Below are positions 1-10,436 of a stretch of 64,000 nucleotides of DNA, in pieces (position 1 is the first letter of the stretch; the number at the start of each line of letters is the position of its first letter). The position numbers and the translations under genes are program-made. The DNA comes from Balneolaceae bacterium (GTDB lineage Bacteria > Bacteroidota > Rhodothermia > Balneolales > Balneolaceae), in contig JAXHMK010000021.1 of NCBI GenBank assembly GCA_034521495.1, forward strand, positions 115,455-179,454, read 5' to 3'. A model generated the notes under the pieces. The model ran no database searches. It was not told the DNA's origin and saw nothing but the letters and a program-made list of their open reading frames with translations.

Positions 1-75
1 GGTGTTGAGCGCATACTTGGTACGAAGCTCCTGGGTGATCTCCTTTTTTAAAATTGCAGTGGCTGATTGAATCAT
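1..75 (-). CDS. ccmB: 5' end of heme exporter protein CcmB (runs off window)
   Basis: Minus-strand translation from ATG at 75 is MIQSATAILKKEITQELRTKYALNT, resembling the FCB-group CcmB N-terminus. Only 25 codons are visible. Confidence 0.55.
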   Translation of the reverse strand, partial: MIQSATAILKKEITQELRTKYALNT

Positions 76-293
76 GAAACGGGGAAAAAGATTGAGTATA
101 AAAGTACTAAAAAAGAAAACGGCAAAAAATGGTGAAAGTGCCAAGGATTTACCCCATTTTCTAATGGAAAACGAACTGCAATATATTCTTGTCTCACCGC
201 CCTGCACTCTGTTTCACAGCAGAGCGGTGAAACAAGAGAATAAGGTTTTTCACCTAATTAAAGCGTTATCTATAAATTTTTATATTACTTATA

Positions 294-422
294 GAGGGCT
301 TTGCAAAACCGTGGTTATTGGTCAATCTGAACTCGATTCAGATTCTCCATTTGTCTTTATAGCCAGTATCTGGAGATCCTGAATCAAGTTCAGGATGACG
401 GTCAGAGTTTTGCAAAGCCTTC
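294..422. mobile_element. MITE-A copy 1 (129 bp), TIR-bounded, containing a REP-like doublet
   Basis: Ends GAGGGCTTTGCAAAAC / GTTTTGCAAAGCCTTC; flanked by TTATA on both sides; 128/129 identical to 57953-58081. Confidence 0.85.
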
Positions 423-615
423 TTATAGTTCATACAAATTAATTTCGGGATAACTTCACTAAAAATGCTCCACTACCTTGATGTGAATTAAAAGAGTTGG
501 TTTGTAGATTTTTATTCCAATCAGTTTTTAAAATTTTTGATTCTTACCTTTGTGTGAAGCGTTAAAGCCCCGTAACTTCCATACGTAACCAAAAAATGTG
601 ATTTGAAAGAAATTT

Positions 616-1086
616 ATGAATATCTATTCACTCATTGACAGATCCACTATTTTGGCAGATATAGAGATTGATGGAAAAAAAGACCTTCTGCACAAAATGG
701 TTGATGTTTTGAAAAATCAGGTAAATGATAAACAACTGAAGGATATTCGGGATGCCGTTTTTGAAAGGGAAAAAATTATGTCGACCGGTGTGGGTAAACA
801 GCTTGCTATTCCACACGGCAAGGTAGATTCCATAGAAAAGAATTATGCCAGTTTTGCCGTTTTAAAGGAACCCATTGAGTACGATTCTATTGATGATAAG
901 CCGGTCAATATGGCTTTTTTACTGGTTGGGCCTTCGGGCGAAAACAGGCTTCATATCAAATTGCTGAGTAGAATTTCACGATTGATGAACAGTACTTCGT
1001 TCCGAGAAACCCTTTCAGAATGTAAAACACCTGATGAGATCTATGATGCATTTCATAAAGAAGAAGTTAAATATTTTGGCAATTGA
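616..1086 (+). CDS. PTS EIIA domain protein (PtsN/fructose-type IIA)
   Basis: EREKIMSTGVGKQLAIPHGK phospho-His motif; HIKLLSRISRL C-terminal motif. Confidence 0.9.
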   Translation: MNIYSLIDRSTILADIEIDGKKDLLHKMVDVLKNQVNDKQLKDIRDAVFEREKIMSTGVGKQLAIPHGKVDSIEKNYASFAVLKEPIEYDSIDDKPVNMAFLLVGPSGENRLHIKLLSRISRLMNSTSFRETLSECKTPDEIYDAFHKEEVKYFGN

Positions 1087-1176
1087 GATTCTGCTTTTTT
1101 CTTTGGATTTAACAATTTCCCGGTATTTCTCTTTAGATATCATTTTAAATGATTGACAGTATTTTATATTTCTAAA

Positions 1177-2635
1177 ATGAAATTTCGAGCATTTCTACCG
1201 GCTTTTATTTCTTTACTTTTCTTGATCTCTTTCTATACAAGAGCGGAAGCCCAGGTCTCGGAATCAATACTGGATTTAATCGAAAATAATCGGGCTGAGA
1301 ATGCACTTTGGGCTATACAGGTAAGAGATTCAACCGGATCTATACTGGAGAGCTACAATGCAGATAAGATCGTTCGTCCGGCATCGAACCTGAAGCTTAT
1401 AAGTTCCGGAGCGTATCTTGAATTATTGGGTTCTGAATTCCGATTCAAAACCCGGTTGTATGGAGAGGGCGAACAGGTGGATGAGACATGGTCAGGTGAC
1501 CTGGTTGTACAGGGTTCCGGCGATCCATCTCTCAGCGGAGAATTTTACGATGAAAACCCACTCTTTCTGTTTGAAAAGTGGGCCAAACTTTTCATCGAAA
1601 AAGGGATCACAAAAATTGATGGAAACCTGATTGGGCATGCCGGATTGTTTGATGATATTCCCTATCCCGAAGGATGGGAGTGGAGTGATCTCTCATTTTA
1701 TTACGCACCGGAAATTAGTGCTCTCTCTTTTAACGGGAATGTGGTTGACCTGGAAGTAAGAGCAGATGGACCGGTCGGGTCTACCCCGGAGATTCAGTGG
1801 TTTCCATTCAATACACCTTATGTGGAATTTGTGAACGAGCAGCAGATTACACCACGAGGTAGTGAATATGATGAATCATATCGTCGTGTTTTGGGAACAA
1901 ACACCATTCTTCTTCGAAGCACACTCCCCCAGGGCTATTATGAGACAGAACCTCTTACTGTTTTAGAGCCGGCCTACTACTTTATGGATACATTTAAGCG
2001 CTATCTTTCGAAGCGTGGTATCGATGTTACAGGGCAGATTTTTATTGATCGTAACTATGATTTCTACAGTAATAACCGATTAACGCTCCTGGACGAACAT
2101 CAATCCGAACCCCTGTATAAACTGGTTCAATGGATGAACCGTGAGAGTGATAATTTTTATACAGAGATGATCCTGAAAAAAGTTGTGACGGAGGAGCTTG
2201 ATGTTCAGGGCTCAACGGAGACAGGCCTGGAAATGTTAAAATCGTACATGCACAAACTGTCGTTTGATACTACACAGGTAAGTCTGAAAGATGCATCCGG
2301 AATGGCTCCGGCAACACTCTTGAAGGCGAGTGATCTCAATCGATACCTTTTAAAGGTACAGCAGAAAGAGTATTTTCCCCACCTGTATGAATCTCTCTCA
2401 GTGGGGGGCAGAAACGGAACACTTAAGTTACAGGTTTAGAAACAGTTCCGTTTGGGGTAAATTTTATGGAAAAACCGGGTTTGTTACGGGGGTTCGGGCA
2501 CTTTCGGGTTACCTGGAAACAGAATCCGGACAGCAACTGACCGTTTCAATATTTACAAATAACTATACTGCAAAGACCTCGCATGTAGATCTGATTCATC
2601 AGCGTATTCTCGAATTTCTCTATACTGCATATTGA
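1177..2635 (+). CDS. dacB: D-alanyl-D-alanine carboxypeptidase/endopeptidase PBP4 (peptidase S13), one frameshift near 2425
   Basis: PASNLK (SxxK), SDN and KTG motifs are spread over ORFs 1153-2439 and 2387-2635. Removing one A in CTTAAGTTAC restores GTLSYRFRNS. Confidence 0.85.
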
Positions 2636-2636
2636 T

Positions 2637-4007
2637 ATGAGTTCCAAAACAACCATACTAATTACTGATGATGAACAGAGCATCCGCAATGCCCTGAAGG
2701 AGATTCTTGAGTTTGAGGATTATGCTACTCTTGAAGCGGAAAATGGCGAGAAAGCCCTGGAGATTGTAGAAAACGAGCGGGTAGATTTGGTAATGCTGGA
2801 CATTAAAATGAAAGGAATGGATGGCATAGAAGTACTGGGGAAATTGAAAAAGAGAAAGCCCGAGATCCCGGTCATCATGATATCCGGGCACGGCACTATA
2901 AAAATTGCTGTGGAAGCAACAAAGAACGGAGCGTTTGATTTTCTCGAAAAGCCGCCGGACCTGAACCGGCTTTTGACAAGTGTTCGAAATGCGCTAAAAA
3001 GCGGTGAACTGATCCAGGAGAATCGCGAGATTCGAAAAGAACTGCATGGAAATACAGAGATTATAGGGGAAAGTCCGGCAATCCTCAAAGTGAAGAAGAT
3101 GATTGAGAAAGTAGCGCCGAGTAATAGCCGGATATTAATTACCGGTGAAAATGGAACCGGGAAAGAGCTGGTTGCACGCGCCATTCATGAAAAAAGTAAA
3201 CGGGCATCAAAGAAGTTTGTGGATGTGAACTGTGCGGCCATTCCGCCTGACTTGCTGGAAAGTGAACTTTTTGGCCACGAAAAAGGGGCGTTTACCGGGG
3301 CATCATCTCAGCGAATTGGAAAGTTTGAGCAGGCCGACGGCGGAACGCTGTTTCTTGATGAGATTGGAGATATGAGTGCAGATTCCCAGGCCAAAGTTTT
3401 ACGTGCTCTGCAAGAAAATCAGATCACCCGCGTTGGCGGTTCGGAACGTATTGATATTGATGTCCGTATTCTCTCAGCAACCAATCAAGATCTGCAGGAG
3501 CAGATTGATAATGGCAATTTTCGTGAGGATCTGTTTCACCGCCTCAATGTTATTCCCATTCATCTGCCGCCGCTTCGCGAGAGAAAAAATGATATTACTA
3601 TATTAGCCAAGTGGTTTTTGAAGCAGTTATCTGAACGTGAGATTGTTTTTGCCGGGAAATCTTTTTCTGAAGAAGCACTTGAACTGCTTGAAAAACAACC
3701 GTGGTCAGGGAATATCAGGGAACTGCAAAATGTAGTGGAACGCCTTGCGCTTTTGTCTGCAGATGATGAAATCAGCTCTGAGGATGTGGAGCAGTTGGTC
3801 ATCCAAAAAAAGAAACAGAAAAATATGCTTGATGATCTCCTGGATCATACTGATAGTTTCCATGAATACAAAGAGGAAGCTGAACGCCTCTTTCTTCTGA
3901 AAAAGCTCGAAAAGTACGACTGGAATGTATCGGCCACTGCCGAAGCGATCGACATTCAGCGGAGCCATATTTATAACAAGATGAAAAAATACGATATAGA
4001 ACGGTAA
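2637..4007 (+). CDS. Sigma-54-dependent response regulator (NtrC/NtrX family)
   Basis: Receiver domain (LDIKM), GENGTGKE, GAFTGA, WSGNIRELQN, C-terminal Fis-type HTH. Confidence 0.95.
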   Translation: MSSKTTILITDDEQSIRNALKEILEFEDYATLEAENGEKALEIVENERVDLVMLDIKMKGMDGIEVLGKLKKRKPEIPVIMISGHGTIKIAVEATKNGAFDFLEKPPDLNRLLTSVRNALKSGELIQENREIRKELHGNTEIIGESPAILKVKKMIEKVAPSNSRILITGENGTGKELVARAIHEKSKRASKKFVDVNCAAIPPDLLESELFGHEKGAFTGASSQRIGKFEQADGGTLFLDEIGDMSADSQAKVLRALQENQITRVGGSERIDIDVRILSATNQDLQEQIDNGNFREDLFHRLNVIPIHLPPLRERKNDITILAKWFLKQLSEREIVFAGKSFSEEALELLEKQPWSGNIRELQNVVERLALLSADDEISSEDVEQLVIQKKKQKNMLDDLLDHTDSFHEYKEEAERLFLLKKLEKYDWNVSATAEAIDIQRSHIYNKMKKYDIER

Positions 4008-4034
4008 AAAAAGCAGATGTGAAACGGCAAACTC

Positions 4035-4131
4035 CCCCGGCTGCCGAATTTGTCGGCTGCCGGGTATTGAGTAACAGACTTGGAGGTGATGGTGGAGTCG
4101 GCAGGTGAAAAAGGCAATCACCAGCCGACGA
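4035..4131. repeat. Pair of GC-rich REP-like hairpins between the regulator and folD
   Basis: CCGGCTGCCGA-atttg-TCGGCTGCCGG and GTCGGCaGGTGA-loop-TCACCaGCCGAC stems. Confidence 0.5.
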
Positions 4132-4184
4132 GAATCCTTGAACCACAATAAAGAAAGAATCATAATCTATTAACACAATTTAAA

Positions 4185-5078
4185 ATGTCAGCCAAACTAA
4201 TTGACGGTAGAAAAGTTGCAGATGAAACCATGTCCATCATCAAAGAGGATGTTGAGAATTGGGTAGAGTCCGGAAAAAGGCGGCCATTTCTAAAGGTGAT
4301 ACAGGTGGGAACTGATCCGGCTTCATCAACCTATATCAAAGCGAAAACCCGGGCGTGTAATAAAGTTGGAATTAAAACAGATACCAAACATCTGCCTGAT
4401 ACTGTTTCTGCTAAAGAGTTGAAAGCTACGATCCGATCGTTTAATGAGGATGATTCTGTTGACGGAATCCTTGTTCAGCTCCCTTTGCCATCGCATTTAT
4501 CTTCGCACGATGTTATAGAGAGTATCGATTACCGAAAAGATGTGGATGGATTTCATCCCATGAACGTTGGGCGGCTGACGGTCGATCAGCCCACATTCCG
4601 ATCGTGTACCCCGGCCGGAATTTTTGAGCTGTTCAAATACTACAGCATTCCCGTGAAAAGCAAGCATGCGGTGGTTGTGGGAGCCAGTAATATTGTCGGT
4701 TCTCCGATGGCCATTATGTTGTCCAGAGAAAATTCTGCGGGTAAAGCCACAACAACTATTTGTCATAAATTTACCCGGGATCTGACCAGCCATACCATCT
4801 CGGCAGATATACTTGTTGTGGCCGCAGGACAGCCCGAATTGATCAAACCGGAAATGGTAAAAGAGGGCGCTGTGGTAATTGATGTTGGCATCAATCGTGT
4901 GGCGGATGAAACCAGAGATAAAGGCTATAAACTGGTAGGTGATTGCGATTTTGAAGGGCTTAAAAAGAAAGCCAGCTTGATTACTCCCGTACCCGGTGGC
5001 GTTGGACCTATGACGGTGGCAATGCTGATGAAAAACACTCTTTTGGCTGCCAAGAAATCGATCTATCCGGAAGATTAA
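4185..5078 (+). CDS. folD: Bifunctional methylenetetrahydrofolate dehydrogenase/cyclohydrolase
   Basis: GILVQLPLP, KDVDGFHP, TPVPGGVGPMT motifs. Confidence 0.97.
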   Translation: MSAKLIDGRKVADETMSIIKEDVENWVESGKRRPFLKVIQVGTDPASSTYIKAKTRACNKVGIKTDTKHLPDTVSAKELKATIRSFNEDDSVDGILVQLPLPSHLSSHDVIESIDYRKDVDGFHPMNVGRLTVDQPTFRSCTPAGIFELFKYYSIPVKSKHAVVVGASNIVGSPMAIMLSRENSAGKATTTICHKFTRDLTSHTISADILVVAAGQPELIKPEMVKEGAVVIDVGINRVADETRDKGYKLVGDCDFEGLKKKASLITPVPGGVGPMTVAMLMKNTLLAAKKSIYPED

Positions 5079-5080
5079 AC

Positions 5081-5165
5081 CCCATCAGACGGTTGTTTTT
5101 ACCGACCGATGGGTAGATAAACATCATGTGACCCGTCAGACCGCCCGAAGTGTTCAGACGGGGTA
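5081..5165. repeat. REP-like hairpin pair downstream of folD
   Basis: CCCATC...GATGGG and CCCGTC...GACGGG inverted stems. Confidence 0.4.
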
Positions 5166-5227
5166 GTATTGAAAAATATTTATGAAAAATTTACATAACA
5201 TTCTTACTTAATCTTAAACCAAATCTT

Positions 5228-7354
5228 ATGAATAAACTATTAATATCAGTTGCTGTTGTGGCGTGTCTGTTTATGTTCACAGCTTGCAGCGAAGAGGAAT
5301 CAATGACAGAAAACCCACTACTTACACCCAGTACACTTCCTTTCGAAGCCCCCGATTTCGACGCCATATCCGTAGAGCATTACCGGCCGGCTTTTGCAGA
5401 GGGCATGGAACGTGAACTTGCCGAGATGGACTCGATCGCATCGAACCCGGAGCCGCCTACTTTTGAAAACACTATTGTTGAGATGGAAAAAAGTGGTCAA
5501 CTGCTTAACCGGGTCAGCAGCGTATTTTATAACCTTACCTCGGCTCATACCAACGATCAGATCCAGGAGATTCAGTCTGAAATGGCGCCAAAACTCGCTT
5601 CACACAGCGATAATATCTACCTGAATGCAGATCTGTTTGAGCGGGTTCAAACACTTTATGAACAGAGAAATGAACTTGATCTCGATGAAGCATCGCTGAA
5701 ACTTCTTGAAGATACGTACCGGGATTTTGTAAGAGCCGGTGCGCTGCTTACTGATGAGGAGCAGCAGCGAATGCGGGAAATCAATGAGCGTACATCCAGC
5801 CTGACCACCGAGTTCCAGGACAACCTGCTGAAGATGACACAGGAGCGGGCCGTTTTGGTAGAGGATGTTGATCAACTGGATGGATTGAGCGAAGACCGAA
5901 TTGCAGCGGCACAAGAAGCCGCCGAAGAACGAGGGCATGACGGACAGTACCTGCTGTCAATCACAAACACAACTCGTGTACCCATTCTTAAAAGCCTTAA
6001 TAACCGCGATCTCCGAGAACGGGTTTGGAAGGCATCGGCATTTCGTGGAATTGGCGAGGATGGCGGTGTAGATAATCGTCCGCTGGTTCTGGAACTTGTT
6101 GAGCTTCGGGCTGAACGAGCGGAACTGCTTGGATATGAAAATCATGCATCCTACCGTCACGATCCGCAAACAGCCGAAAACCCGGAAAATGTATTGGATA
6201 TGCTGACCGACCTGATTCCCGATGTGATTGCAAATACCGAGCAGGAAGCTGCCAAAATCACCGAAATGATGCGGGAAGACGGTGTTGAAGGAGAACTGCA
6301 GCCGTGGGATTGGAACTATTATGCTGAGAAGGTACGCCAGGCAGAGTATGATATAGACGAAGCAGAAGTACGTCCCTATTTTGAGCTGGACCGTGTACTA
6401 AAAGAGGGTGTGTTTTTTACCATGAACAAGTTATTTGGTATCACCTTTGAAGAGCGATTTGACCTGCCGGTGTATCACGAAGATGTGCGGGTATTTGATG
6501 TGTTTAATGAGGATGGTTCTCAGCTTGGGCTGTTTTATGCCGATTACTTTACCCGCGATTCCAAACGGGGCGGTGCCTGGATGAACAGCTTTGTATCTCA
6601 ATCGCATTTGTTGGATAAGCAACCGGTGATTGTTAACGTGATGAATATTCCTCCGCCTGCTGAGGGAGAGCCTGCACTTATCAGCTTTGATAATGTAACC
6701 ACCATGTTCCATGAGATGGGTCACGCCGTTCACGGGCTTTTTTCTGATGTGAAATATCCTTCGCAGAGCGGAACATCCGTGCCAAGAGATTTTGTAGAGT
6801 TTCCATCAACCTTTGAGGAAGATTGGGCAATTTTGCAGGATGTTCTTGAAAATTACGCAGTGCATCACGAAACAGGTGAACAAATTCCATCAGAACTGCT
6901 GGACAAAGTGATTGCAGCCCGAAACTTCAACCAGGGCTTTGATACACAGGAATATCTGTCGGCAACCATGGTAGATCTGGAATGGCACCTGCTGGACACC
7001 AACGAAATACCGAATGATGTAGTTGATTTCGAAGACCAGGCACTGGCCAAATACAATCTCGATATGAATGCCGTTCCACCCCGGTATAAATCACCATATT
7101 TTGCGCATATTTTTGCAGGCGGATATTCAGCTAACTACTATGCATATATCTGGAGTGAAATTCTTGCAGCAGATGCATTTGCTTTTATGAGAGAAAACGG
7201 AGGACTGACCCGCGAAAATGGCGATCGATTCCGTGAATATATTCTCTCCAAAGGCGGCAGCCGTGATGCGATGGAACTCTACGAAGCCTACAGAAACGGT
7301 GAGCCGGATGTGGTTCATCTCCTGAGGAGACGAGGTTTAACGGCTGAAAATTAA
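5228..7354 (+). CDS. dcp: M3 family metallopeptidase, peptidyl-dipeptidase Dcp-like, predicted lipoprotein
   Basis: HEMGH zinc motif, KRGGAWM, PRDFVEFPS; lipobox FTAC. Confidence 0.92.
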   Translation: MNKLLISVAVVACLFMFTACSEEESMTENPLLTPSTLPFEAPDFDAISVEHYRPAFAEGMERELAEMDSIASNPEPPTFENTIVEMEKSGQLLNRVSSVFYNLTSAHTNDQIQEIQSEMAPKLASHSDNIYLNADLFERVQTLYEQRNELDLDEASLKLLEDTYRDFVRAGALLTDEEQQRMREINERTSSLTTEFQDNLLKMTQERAVLVEDVDQLDGLSEDRIAAAQEAAEERGHDGQYLLSITNTTRVPILKSLNNRDLRERVWKASAFRGIGEDGGVDNRPLVLELVELRAERAELLGYENHASYRHDPQTAENPENVLDMLTDLIPDVIANTEQEAAKITEMMREDGVEGELQPWDWNYYAEKVRQAEYDIDEAEVRPYFELDRVLKEGVFFTMNKLFGITFEERFDLPVYHEDVRVFDVFNEDGSQLGLFYADYFTRDSKRGGAWMNSFVSQSHLLDKQPVIVNVMNIPPPAEGEPALISFDNVTTMFHEMGHAVHGLFSDVKYPSQSGTSVPRDFVEFPSTFEEDWAILQDVLENYAVHHETGEQIPSELLDKVIAARNFNQGFDTQEYLSATMVDLEWHLLDTNEIPNDVVDFEDQALAKYNLDMNAVPPRYKSPYFAHIFAGGYSANYYAYIWSEILAADAFAFMRENGGLTRENGDRFREYILSKGGSRDAMELYEAYRNGEPDVVHLLRRRGLTAEN

Positions 7355-7378
7355 AGAATCCTCCTTCGAAGGGGGGAG

Positions 7379-7513
7379 AGGCTGTCCAGAAAAAATGTCA
7401 TTCTGAACTTGATTCAGAATCTCCAATCATTAATCAAGTTTGGAGATACCGGATCGGGGTCCGGTATGACAAAATTTAGTTTGTTGTTTTCCAACATCCT
7501 TTTGGGACAGCCT
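7379..7513. mobile_element. MITE-B copy 1 inserted in a CCTTCGAAGG-type REP
   Basis: Ends AGGCTGTCC / GGACAGCCT shared with 61737-61956; internal GTCATTCTGAACTTGATTCAGAATCT...AGATACCGGATCGGGGTCCGGTATGAC doublet. Confidence 0.7.
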
Positions 7514-7554
7514 TAAAAGGATGATCCTCAGATTCTAAGATTGTATCAATCCCA

Positions 7555-7590
7555 GATCCGCGAAGTTTCTAAAACTTCGCGGATCTTTTT
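7555..7590. repeat. Palindromic REP / bidirectional terminator-like hairpin
   Basis: AGATCCGCGAAGTTT-cta-AAACTTCGCGGATCT perfect 15-bp stem followed by a T run. Confidence 0.7.
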
Positions 7591-7686
7591 GTTTAAAAGC
7601 CCTTCATTTTCATTAGCATCTCTCACCACAGTTTTTTATTTATGTAAGCTGAAATTGTGTCCAACAAATAACGACTGTAAAAAAAG

Positions 7687-9288
7687 ATGAAACAAACTGT
7701 ACTGCTGCTCACCTCAATTCTTTTAATGATTCTCAATGGTTGTACAAGCGAGAGCCAGACCGAGTCAGACCGGCCAAATATCATTTTTATCATGACAGAC
7801 GATCATGCTTTCCAGGCAATCAGTGCATATGGGTCTGATCTGATTGATACTCCAAATATAGACCGACTGGCAGACGAGGGAATGTTGTTCCGCCGGGCGT
7901 ATGTTTCTAATTCCATATGTGCACCGAGCCGGGCCGCAATTCTTACTGGTAAACACAGCCATATGAATGGACACATCAACAATGGAAGCGTGTTTGATTC
8001 CACACAGGTCACGTTCCCAAAATTGTTGCAGCAGGAAGGTTATGAAACATCGATTGTGGGGAAATGGCATTTGAAATCTGAACCCACCGGGTTTGATTTC
8101 TGGAAAGTGCTGCCGGGACAGGGGCATTATTACAATCCCGATTTCCGAACACCCGAGGGGATGATTCAAGAAGAGGGACACTCAACAGAACTGATTACGG
8201 ATACAGCGATTGAATATCTCGATTCTATTCGTGACAAAGAAAAACCATTTATGTTGATGTACCAGTTCAAAGCGCCGCACCGCCAGTGGTGGCCCTCGGC
8301 CGAAGATATTGGAGTTTATGCTGACAGGGATTTTAAAGAGCCGGAAACCCTGTTTGATGACTATGAAAATCGGGGCACGGCAGCGAAAGAAGCCGAGATG
8401 AGAATTGCCGATCACATGGGGCTCACTCTGGATAATAAAATCCATCCCGATTCTTTAGCGAAAACCGGCCTTGAGGAGTTTAGCCCGGATATCTATCCAC
8501 GAATTTACCTGGATGTGTACAGCCGCCTGAATGACGAACAAAAAGAGCAATGGGATGCTTACTACGGACCCATCAACAAAGAGTTTGTAGAGAATACACC
8601 CGGGGGAGATGAGTTGACAAGATGGAAATATCAGCGCTATATGGAGGATTATCTGGGAGTGATTCGAAGTGTGGACCGAAATCTGGGCCGGCTTCTGGAG
8701 TATCTCGATGAAAACGGACTGAGCGATAACACGATGATTGTTTATACATCTGACCAGGGATTTTATCTCGGTGAGCACGGTTGGTTTGATAAGCGATTTA
8801 TGTATGAAGAGTCCTTCCGAACACCGCTCATTATTCGATATCCGTCAGAAATTGAGGCGGGATCAGAGAATAATGACTTCGTTCAAAATATCGATTTTGC
8901 TCCAACCATTTTAGATGTAGCCGGTGTGCAAATTCCGGAGGAGATCCAGGGAGAAAGTTTAACTCCGTTATTTACCGGAACAAATGATAATTGGCGGGAT
9001 CAGTTGTACTATCACTACTACGAATATCCCGCTGAACATGCGGTGAAGCGTCACTACGGAATTCGAACCGATCGCTACAAACTGATTCATTTCTATTACG
9101 ATATCGACGAGTGGGAACTTTATGACCTGGAGAATGATCCAAGTGAGATGACGAATGTGTATAATGATCCGGATTATACTGACATACGAGACAGCCTGCA
9201 TCAAGAGCTTGAAGCAATCCGGCAATACTATGGCGATTCGGACGAGCTAACTCAACAATTCCTGGAAAGAGATCTCGCGGAAGAATAA
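7687..9288 (+). CDS. Sulfatase (formylglycine-dependent, S1), predicted lipoprotein
   Basis: NIIFIMTDDH, CAPSR (CxPxR), GKWHL, YTSDQG motifs. Confidence 0.95.
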   Translation: MKQTVLLLTSILLMILNGCTSESQTESDRPNIIFIMTDDHAFQAISAYGSDLIDTPNIDRLADEGMLFRRAYVSNSICAPSRAAILTGKHSHMNGHINNGSVFDSTQVTFPKLLQQEGYETSIVGKWHLKSEPTGFDFWKVLPGQGHYYNPDFRTPEGMIQEEGHSTELITDTAIEYLDSIRDKEKPFMLMYQFKAPHRQWWPSAEDIGVYADRDFKEPETLFDDYENRGTAAKEAEMRIADHMGLTLDNKIHPDSLAKTGLEEFSPDIYPRIYLDVYSRLNDEQKEQWDAYYGPINKEFVENTPGGDELTRWKYQRYMEDYLGVIRSVDRNLGRLLEYLDENGLSDNTMIVYTSDQGFYLGEHGWFDKRFMYEESFRTPLIIRYPSEIEAGSENNDFVQNIDFAPTILDVAGVQIPEEIQGESLTPLFTGTNDNWRDQLYYHYYEYPAEHAVKRHYGIRTDRYKLIHFYYDIDEWELYDLENDPSEMTNVYNDPDYTDIRDSLHQELEAIRQYYGDSDELTQQFLERDLAEE

Positions 9289-9325
9289 TCCTGAGATTTT
9301 GGACATATTTAAATGTCGTCTAATT

Positions 9326-9470
9326 GAAGGCTTTGCAAAACCGTGGTTATTGGTCAATCTGAACTCGATTCAGATTCTCCATTCGTCTTTACTGCCAGTA
9401 TCTGGAGATCCTGAATCCCCCGGAGGGATCCCGATGTTCAGGATGACGGTCAAAGTTTTGCAAAGCTTTC
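9326..9470. mobile_element. MITE-A copy 2 (145 bp) with an extra mini-hairpin in the inner REP loop
   Basis: Same body as 294-422, but AA is replaced by CCCCGGAGGGATCCCGAT; no matching flank duplication. Confidence 0.8.
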
Positions 9471-9506
9471 TCTAGAATTTTATAAATAAATAGTTTGAGC
9501 CAGGAA

Positions 9507-9537
9507 AAGTGCCCGTGTGTAAACGGGCATTTTTTTA
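9507..9537 (+). terminator. Rho-independent terminator upstream of the cassette array
   Basis: TGCCCGT-gtgtaa-ACGGGCA followed by a T run. Confidence 0.7.
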
Positions 9538-9693
9538 CTTACCACAGAAGCTTATAGGAATTGAAGAAATACTCCAAAAGAGTAAAAATTAAAATTACCG
9601 TGTAAATGAGAGACGAACACCACCCGGGATTCTTAAAATGCGATTCTATTTCATGAAAACCACCCAGAGTTTATTCGGTGAACGCTCATCTCT

Positions 9694-9715
9694 GACTTAT
9701 ACATAGATGTTATGC
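9694..9715 (+). other. Candidate attI recombination site heading the cassette array
   Basis: GACTTATACATAGAT-GTTATGC. GTTATGC (9709-9715) is the exact complement of the first attC R'' GCATAAC (10437-10443). No attC left arm is seen upstream. Confidence 0.5.
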
Positions 9716-9859
9716 AAATTTCATGCATTTTAAATTTGTATAACATTGAATAAACAGGCTTTTACTTGGTTTTTTGAGGGGTTTGAAATATTATACATCG
9801 TATTCGTACGGATTATGAAATTTGCTTAATTATATGTAATGCTCCCTCATCTTAAAGAC

Positions 9860-9888
9860 TTGACAATACGAACGGAATAGCGTACGTT
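9860..9888 (+). promoter_or_regulatory. Sigma70-type promoter of the yefM-yoeB cassette
   Basis: TTGACA-N17-TACGTT, overlapping short CGTACG palindromic motifs (possible operator). Confidence 0.5.
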
Positions 9889-9923
9889 TTATGTTCAGGC
9901 AATTAACCAAACTTATTTATTCC

Positions 9924-10166
9924 ATGAAAACTCTAACAGCAACACAAGCCCGAAAAGATATTTATCGATTGTTGGATGAAACTTCAGAGACTCATAAACC
10001 CATCCAAATTACCGGAAAACGATCGAATGCCGTATTAATCAGTGAAGAGGATTGGCGGGCTATTCAAGAAACTCTTTATTTGACATCTATTCCTGGAATG
10101 CAAGAGTCTATTGTTGAAGGAATAAATACACCTCTTGAAGAAACCGACGAAGAACTTGACTGGTGA
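9924..10166 (+). CDS. yefM: Phd/YefM family antitoxin (cassette 1)
   Basis: MKTLTATQARKDIY...ITGKRSNAVLISEEDW...ETLYL; 4-nt overlap with the toxin gene. Confidence 0.9.
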   Translation: MKTLTATQARKDIYRLLDETSETHKPIQITGKRSNAVLISEEDWRAIQETLYLTSIPGMQESIVEGINTPLEETDEELDW

Positions 10167-10429
10167 GTAACTACAAACTCGTTTATACCAAACAAGCTAA
10201 GAAAGACGCCAAGAAAGCAGCTTCATCAGGATTAAAATCAAAGATCGAAGACTTATTGGAAATTGTTAAGGAAGATCCGTTTGAAGAATATCCTCCTTAT
10301 GAAAAGTTAGTCGGTAATTTGGAAGGGGCTTATTCGCGGAGAATTAACATCCAACATCGCTTGGTTTATCAAGTGTATGAAAAGGAAAAAATTGTCAAGG
10401 TGATTAGAATGTGGACTCATTATGACTAA
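10163..10429 (+). CDS. yoeB: Txe/YoeB family mRNA interferase toxin (cassette 1)
   Basis: EKLVGNL..YSRRINIQHRLVY...MWTHY motifs. Confidence 0.92.
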   Translation: MSNYKLVYTKQAKKDAKKAASSGLKSKIEDLLEIVKEDPFEEYPPYEKLVGNLEGAYSRRINIQHRLVYQVYEKEKIVKVIRMWTHYD

Positions 10430-10436
10430 TCCGGTA

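Noticed and set aside
74-382. 102-aa ORF and similar short or antisense ORFs in the track (for example 22249-22506, 46196-46441, 61781-61972)
   Set aside because: They run through MITE/REP sequence or are shadows of confident genes on the other strand.
4008-4184. ZTP or THF riboswitch upstream of folD
   Set aside because: The conserved riboswitch motifs are not visible; the hairpins look like REP-type palindromes.
9480-9700. Remnant integrase gene upstream of the candidate attI
   Set aside because: The frames I translated give only short peptides, with no tyrosine-recombinase motifs.
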